A stretch of 64,000 bases of DNA from Octopus vulgaris. Lineage: Eukaryota. Under the pieces are notes generated by a model. It ran no database searches. It was given only the letters and a program-made list of their open reading frames with translations, and was not told the origin of the DNA. How positions within the stretch are numbered: position 1 is the first letter of the stretch; every line of letters begins with the position of its first letter. Where the stretch lies: positions 15,066,001 to 15,130,000 of the forward strand of contig OX597830.1 of the NCBI GenBank assembly GCA_951406725.2, given 5' to 3'. Below are positions 57,321-64,000 of this stretch, in pieces. Both the position numbers and the translations under genes were made by a program.

Positions 57321-58754
57321 GAGATAGGTCGTATATGTACATGTATGTCAATGTTTGTATGTACGTAAGTAATTATATCTGTACGTATAAGCAATCCTCT
57401 CTCAGTCCTCTCCCAGGATTTATGTAAAAAGTATTTCATTATTAAAAGATTATATGTTATTATACAAGAGAATGAAATAAATAGATAAGAAGTAAACTGC
57501 TTAGCATAAGGACCGATTTTGATTCTTGATTCTAGCCATCTAATATTCTTTACGCCACTACACTTGACAAAGGCGTGGAGGTCATAACATTTCCCGCTTT
57601 TTCCCTTTTGCATGGTTCGATGAAAGTGACAAAGTAAAAATATGCAGGAATTTTGTTTTTATTTTTGAGAGAGCAAAAAGGTGATCTTTCATTGAAATGA
57701 AACAACCAACAATCAATTCACTGCTTTAGGCAAATAATTCTTCAGAGAAATGCATGAACATCACAACTACGCATTTCCATTATCTTTCTAAAAGCCTCCA
57801 TTATCAATATATTTCGGTGAAGTTACTATGAAAGATTAGATATTTTATATCACGAAACTTTTAATTAGAATGTCGAATATTATCTCCTTATAATGTGCCA
57901 AGCTGCTGCAACCAAGGATTTAATGCCAAAGCCAGCGTTCAGGATTGCTCTGTATGCAAATGTGTATGGCTTCCAATGTAGCTTAATCCTTGATTGTGTC
58001 TAATATGAAAAGCCCAACTTTCAGAAATAGGTTGAACCGAAGCTACAATGGGTCAGTTAACAGCAATATACTTCCGCTGTGATCGACTAAAATTAATTCC
58101 GCGATTGACCAATCGATAATAATCGATATGTTGGCTCTGCCAGCTCTGTGGTAGACAATAACCACGTAAAAGTTGAATTAATATTTTCACGTTATTCTCG
58201 TTAATATCACAATTTTGGACAAAATATTTTTGCTGAAAATATTTCAAAATTTTATTTTGCATGTACGATAAACACCCGCGGGCACGTAGATTCAAGCATG
58301 TATACATGCTTGCATTACATGCATGCCTACATATATAAGATAATGGACATGCACATGGACATATATCAACACATATGTACATACATGAACACGCACATAC
58401 GTATTCACGCGTGTAGATATACAAGGCGTTGTCACAATTTTTTCCATCTTATTCTTCCATATCAGTTAATGTATAAACCAAAGAATGCAGATTCGCTTAG
58501 CAATGGTATCCATACCCGTACATACGAATATGTGCGTACATGCATACATATATGCAAGTGTGTATGCGTGTATACATACAATAATACATATATGCTGGCC
58601 ACCCCGTTGATATTGTCTAAACTCGATTAAAGAATTTTGTTTCTAGGCTAGAAACCTGTTCTTTCTCTAATGCTGAGTAATCGAAGATAAAACCAGGTTT
58701 ACTTCAATATATACAGATGAACACATACACACGTACATACAGGCATACATACAT

Positions 58755-59372
58755 TATGGCTACCCCCTCGTTATCGAGTATGGCCATTGCACGAAGCTTA
58801 ACTGTTACTGGTGCTGTGATCGAATGTGACTTTTTAGCCCAGCTAAAGATCTACAATGTCTTGTACAGAATTGGCAAATAAAACCTGTACCAGTAATAGC
58901 CGGCTGTAGTTGTAACTGGGCTTCATGTACCTTTGCATGTCATTTAAGTCCTCCTGCTGAATTACACTCTCTTCCACATGCCCGACAGATATGATTAGTA
59001 TGGTGGGAGTCCAGCTTTACTGTGGGAGAGTCTTGTACAGACACTGCATGTCAGCATCATAGAAAGACCCTTCCCATCGGGAAGTGTAACGGCGATGCCC
59101 TTCCTGACATCCCTCCTTACTTTCTCATGTGCAACTCGAGATTTCTCAAAAGTGGCTGTCCCCTCGTGCACAATCCTTCTCTACCTGCTACGATCAATAG
59201 CTATGCCTTCGCATGTGTCAGGAGAGATGCAAGCATCTCTTAAGGAAGCCTTCAGCAAGTCCTTATACCTCTTTTTTGGTTTATGTGGAGGTCGTTCTCC
59301 TTTAACTAACTCTCCATAAAAGAGTTGTTTGGGCATCCTTGAATCCTTCATCCTGACCAGATGACCACTCCA
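58755..59372 (-). mobile_element. RTE LINE 3' fragment
   Basis: [34 protein letters not shown]; followed by a (TATG)-like tail. Confidence 0.85.
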
Positions 59373-59413
59373 TACATATATACACACATACATACATACT
59401 TACATGCATACGT

Positions 59414-59476
<63 letters not shown>

Positions 59477-59923
59477 AATTGAGATAGGGGTTGTAAATGC
59501 AACCCACCATGGGATACCATATATCCAATATACTGCTAGTGAGGTACCCAACAAAGTTAATACATAAATGTTAAGAATTGCGATACAATTAATTCATTTA
59601 TTGTATTATATGGGCAAAGGTAAAATGTTTTACCACAAATTCATAATACAAAATAAGAAAATGGAGAAATACATGGAAATCAAATATCAATTACCAGATA
59701 ATACTTAATCACATACTTTATTAAAATAGTAATGTATAACATTACTATTTTATGTACACTCCTTCATATACACTGTTTTACCCTGCATGATTATGTTTAA
59801 CCTTATAGTTTCTTATGTGGTGGTTTAATAAAGTATGTGATTGAGTATTATCTGGTAATTGATATTTGATTTCGATGTATTTCTCCATTTTCTTATTTTG
59901 CATATATATATATATATGTATGT

Positions 59924-60026
<103 letters not shown>

Positions 60027-60524
60027 CGTCTATGAATTTGTGTTGCACGATCCCTGATGGGAAACCGGGTGTTGAAATAGATATTGTTATATTTCGAGCG
60101 AAGAACGGATATATAGTGCGTGTGTTTTTGTTTTGTCTTTTTGCGAAAAATATGGCCGTCCCGAAATATATATATATACGCACACACATAAGGATATATA
60201 AACACCCATTACATGGATGCATAGGGTCGGCTGAAAAGTTTATAGGTTCATCAAGATACTTTCATGGGATCTCACCAAATGAGGTTTATTTCTCAACCTC
60301 GTATACTCTCCTATACTTCTTACGATTTTGTCAACAACAAAAATACTACGGTTAAATAATAACTGCAAAACGTAGTCTTTCAAGCCTCACCATCAACGTC
60401 TCCATTACAACTACCACCACCAACAACAACAACGTCATCGTCATCGTATCCTCATTGTCATCGTCATCATCGCCGACGCCGACATCATCAATATTTATAT
60501 TTGTTATCACACATGTATATTCCA

Positions 60525-60654
60525 TGTTTATTCCGCACACATATCACACATGTATACAGACACACACACGAACACACACACATAGGTACACACACACACA
60601 TAAGTATGAATGTATGTATGCATATAGATACATCCGTGTGTGTGTGTGTGTGTG

Positions 60655-60687
<33 letters not shown>

Positions 60688-60818
60688 ATGTGTGTGTGTG
60701 CATGCGTCTGTGTATTTGTTTATTCCGCACACATATCACACATGTATACAGACACACACACACGAACACACACACATAGGTACACAGACACACATATGTA
60801 TGAATGCATATAGATACG

Positions 60819-60869
<51 letters not shown>

Positions 60870-60889
60870 ATGCGTCTGTGTGTTTGTTT
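60525..60889. repeat. Two-copy tandem duplication, about 192-bp period, containing CA/TG tracts
   Basis: TGTTTATTCCGCACACATATCACACATGTATACAGAC begins at both 60525 and 60717. Confidence 0.9.
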
Positions 60890-61404
60890 GCAAGCTAGTT
60901 TGCCTAAGTCAACCTGGCAACTGACCATATTTGTGACAGGTGGTGGCTTACGTGTCTGTATTTATTTTGTGTGTGAAGTGTGTTTATATGAGACAATTTA
61001 ACGAATCTCTCATTCATAATCTCCCATTCATAGATTTGACTCTTTCTATGCATATTTGCATAGCGTCACCTAAATGTGTGCGCTTCTACAATAATACACA
61101 CGTGACTATATACCTGTAACAAGTGTGCGAGCGTGTCTGTGTGTTTGTGTCTGAGTATATGAGTATGCGTGTATAGGTAATGAAGAAAGAGGGGAAAGAG
61201 AAAGGAGGAGAGAGTTTACCTTTATAAATGTAGCTATAATCTTTTACCACATGTGTTCGATTTATTCTCTATGCATGGAACTGTAAGTCCGAAACTATAC
61301 GTGTATAAAATCTCCGCCATTACAAACAGTATATATATATATATATATATATATATACTTGTATATACATATATACATCCACACACACACACACACTCAC
61401 ATAT

Positions 61405-61629
61405 ATACTCTTTTACTCTTTTACTTGTTTCAGTCATTTTGACTGCGGCCATGCTGGAGCATCGCCTTTAGTCGAGCAAATCGACCCCAGGACTTATTCT
61501 TTGCAAGCATAGTACTTATTCTATCGCTCTCTTTTGCCGAACCGCTAAGTTACGGAGACATGAACACACCAGCATCGGTTATCAAGCGATGTTTTAGGGG
61601 ACACACACACACAAACATATACACACACA

Positions 61630-61669
<40 letters not shown>

Positions 61670-61725
61670 CGACGGGCTTCTTTCAGTTTCCGTCTACCAA
61701 ATCTACTCACAAGGTGCCACGCAGT
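61405..61725 (-). mobile_element. SINE family B, 5'-truncated
   Basis: Homologous to 2160-2500, with a (CTCTTTTA) tail repeat. Confidence 0.88.
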
Positions 61726-62039
61726 GCCCCGTTGACCGTAAAAATGTTGCACGAAGTTTTGTCAGTGAACAGGTCGCGGTTTCAAAGCGACGAAAATATT
61801 TTGACACAAATTAAATCTAAATGTTGAAATGAATCTAACGGCTTTTTGTGTGTTCTTAAATGGCTTATAAACATCTTCTTCGCTGCAATTGTATATTTGT
61901 CCCTTACTTGTCTCCCGTACTTGTTTACGTATTTTTCACTCTTTGGTGATGTCCTGTACTTGATGTGTTTTATATTGATTTATTTATAATCGAACGCCAC
62001 GCAGCCTTGTCCTCGGTAAGATTTTATTTTTATTTATAA

Positions 62040-62410
62040 CAAGCAGTATTGCCCGGCGTTGCTCGGGTTTGTAAGGGAAATAACTATATAAGCATTTTTA
62101 GAGAGTTATAGCCAAAAAATAGCAAAAAAATGCATTAAAAATGGAAAAAAATGATGGTAAATTTTTTTTTAAATCGTTGACTCATCGTAGACATTTTTAA
62201 AGAGTTACTTCCCTTATATTATAGCGAAAAAATTGCATTAAAATGGAAGAAAATTATGGTAATTTTCTTTTTTAAATACCCAGAAGGGCTCGATATGGAT
62301 CACGACTATAAGATACCCGGTTTTGGTTAAACTGCACCGCAAAATGTGGGAGTAGTTAGGAATCTAAATCGTAGGAGACAGACACACAACCTTACTTTTA
62401 TATATAAAGA
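62040..62410 (-). mobile_element. Non-autonomous Helitron-like element, second copy
   Basis: Highly similar to 43827-44206; same TC start and CCCGAGCAACGCCGGG hairpin, ends CTTG. Confidence 0.75.
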
Positions 62411-63007
62411 TTTCTGCGACTTTCTATTCCTTTTCTTTCTCTCTACAATCCGCTTTATTTTCTGTTTCCCCCTCCCTCTTTGCTGTCCCCAGTCTATCTT
62501 TCTTTCACCCTTTCTTCTACCTTTCGTTCCTTCTCCCTTTTCCTTACCCCCTTCGTTTCTTTCCCGCATCCTCTCTCTTGTCTCTTCTGCCTGCTTATTC
62601 CCACGTGACTACAGACCACTTTTTCTCACCTCTGTCTTTTCTGGACGCGACGCATACATAACTGGATGTCATTCTTCTCGCCTCCCGGCATTTTCTTTCT
62701 CTCTTTTTTTCACTTCCACTATTTTCTTCTCTTGTATTTATCCTATATCCTTTCAAAACTTCTCCCAGGCGTTACCCATTGCAAGGCGTCTTGGCATAAC
62801 GGCCTTTAATGTTTGTCTTCGCCGATTGTTTATTCTGTACGTCCACCCTGGGGTTGTTTGTTCGTTCGAAACTCTAACTCTCCAGAAATTTTATAGTTTT
62901 AAAATTTCCGGATGCTACTGTTTAATGATGTTTTCCTATATTGTCGCTGAAAGCTCGAATTAGGGAATAATTAACAGTCGACAACTGAGGAGGGGTTACA
63001 CCTCTTG

Positions 63008-63070
<63 letters not shown>

Positions 63071-63078
63071 ATATATAG

Positions 63079-63114
<36 letters not shown>

Positions 63115-63129
63115 TCTTTTCTTTTTTCT

Positions 63130-63336
63130 TTCTGTCATTTGACTGCAGCCATGCTGGAACACCGTGTGTAGTCGAGCGAATCGACCTCAGGACTTATTCT
63201 TAGTAAGCCAAGCACTTATTCTATCGGTTTCCTCTTGCCGGACCGCTACGATTTGGGGACGCAAACACATCAACACCGGTTTTCAAGCGATGTTGGGGGA
63301 CAAACACACACACACAAACACACACACATACATACA

Positions 63337-63382
<46 letters not shown>

Positions 63383-63387
63383 TATAT

Positions 63388-63436
<49 letters not shown>

Positions 63437-63555
63437 CGACGAGTTTTTTCAGTCTATAGTAGAAGACACTTACCCAAGGTGCCACGCAGTGGGACTGTAT
63501 TCCGAACCGTGAGCTTGGTAAGCAAGCTAACTACCACACAGCCACACCTGCACCC

Positions 63556-63556
<1 letters not shown>
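63130..63556 (-). mobile_element. SINE family B, diverged
   Basis: GTCATTTGACTGCAGCCATGCTGG...CCCAAGGTGCCACGCAGTGGGACTG. Confidence 0.85.
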
Positions 63557-63603
<47 letters not shown>

Positions 63604-63759
63604 AATTTTTCAATGTCCGTTTAACTTTAAACACAATTTGTCATAGCACTAATTCATTAATCCATTTTAATCAGTTATTGGACTGTGTTGTCTTAAATGA
63701 TTTAAGATGTTCCATATGAATCAAATGTCTCTCTATGTGTATACATATATGTATGTATG

Positions 63760-63795
<36 letters not shown>

Positions 63796-64000
63796 AGTGT
63801 GTGGACATTCATATATTTGCATATATATGTGCTTGTATGTGTGTGTGTTTGTGTGTAAATACATGAGTTCATACATATATGTGTACATGTAAATGTATGT
63901 ATGTAAATATACGCATGCATATGTATGCATACATGTAGGTGTGCATGTGTGTACATGTGTGTATGTGTGTATTCATATATGAACACACACACACACACAT

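Noticed and set aside
62985-63005. Hammerhead (CUGAGGA followed by a GGGG/CCUC stem)
   Set aside because: The GAAA and stem III half is missing; the sequence runs into a microsatellite. At best a truncated remnant.

Overview
AT-rich, microsatellite-saturated animal DNA with no supportable host protein-coding exon, tRNA/rRNA gene or CRISPR array. The repeat repertoire and extreme (TA)n/(CA)n/(TAGA)n/(TATG)n/(AAT)n density suggest a coleoid cephalopod, probably Octopus, intron or intergenic region; this is an inference, not a database match. The window holds several SINE families (working labels: A = GGCGGCGAGCTGGCAGAA head, B = CORE-like with an internal microsatellite, C = tRNA-Arg-like head, D = TAA-tailed retroposon). 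It also holds decayed LINE fragments (Dong/R4-type, Tx1/L1, CR1, RTE), two Penelope-like elements, two mariners, two MITEs and two non-autonomous Helitrons. Most ORFs in the track are microsatellite artefacts. The most interesting signals are: (1) minimal hammerhead-ribozyme motifs at both Penelope loci, one inside a nested double fold-back; (2) a near-perfect 124-bp-arm palindrome; (3) head/tail module swapping among SINEs; (4) a SINE 3' tail shared with a Tx1/L1-clade LINE; (5) SINE-A multimers with the same junction at separate loci. None is proven novel from sequence alone. All alignments and folds were done by eye.
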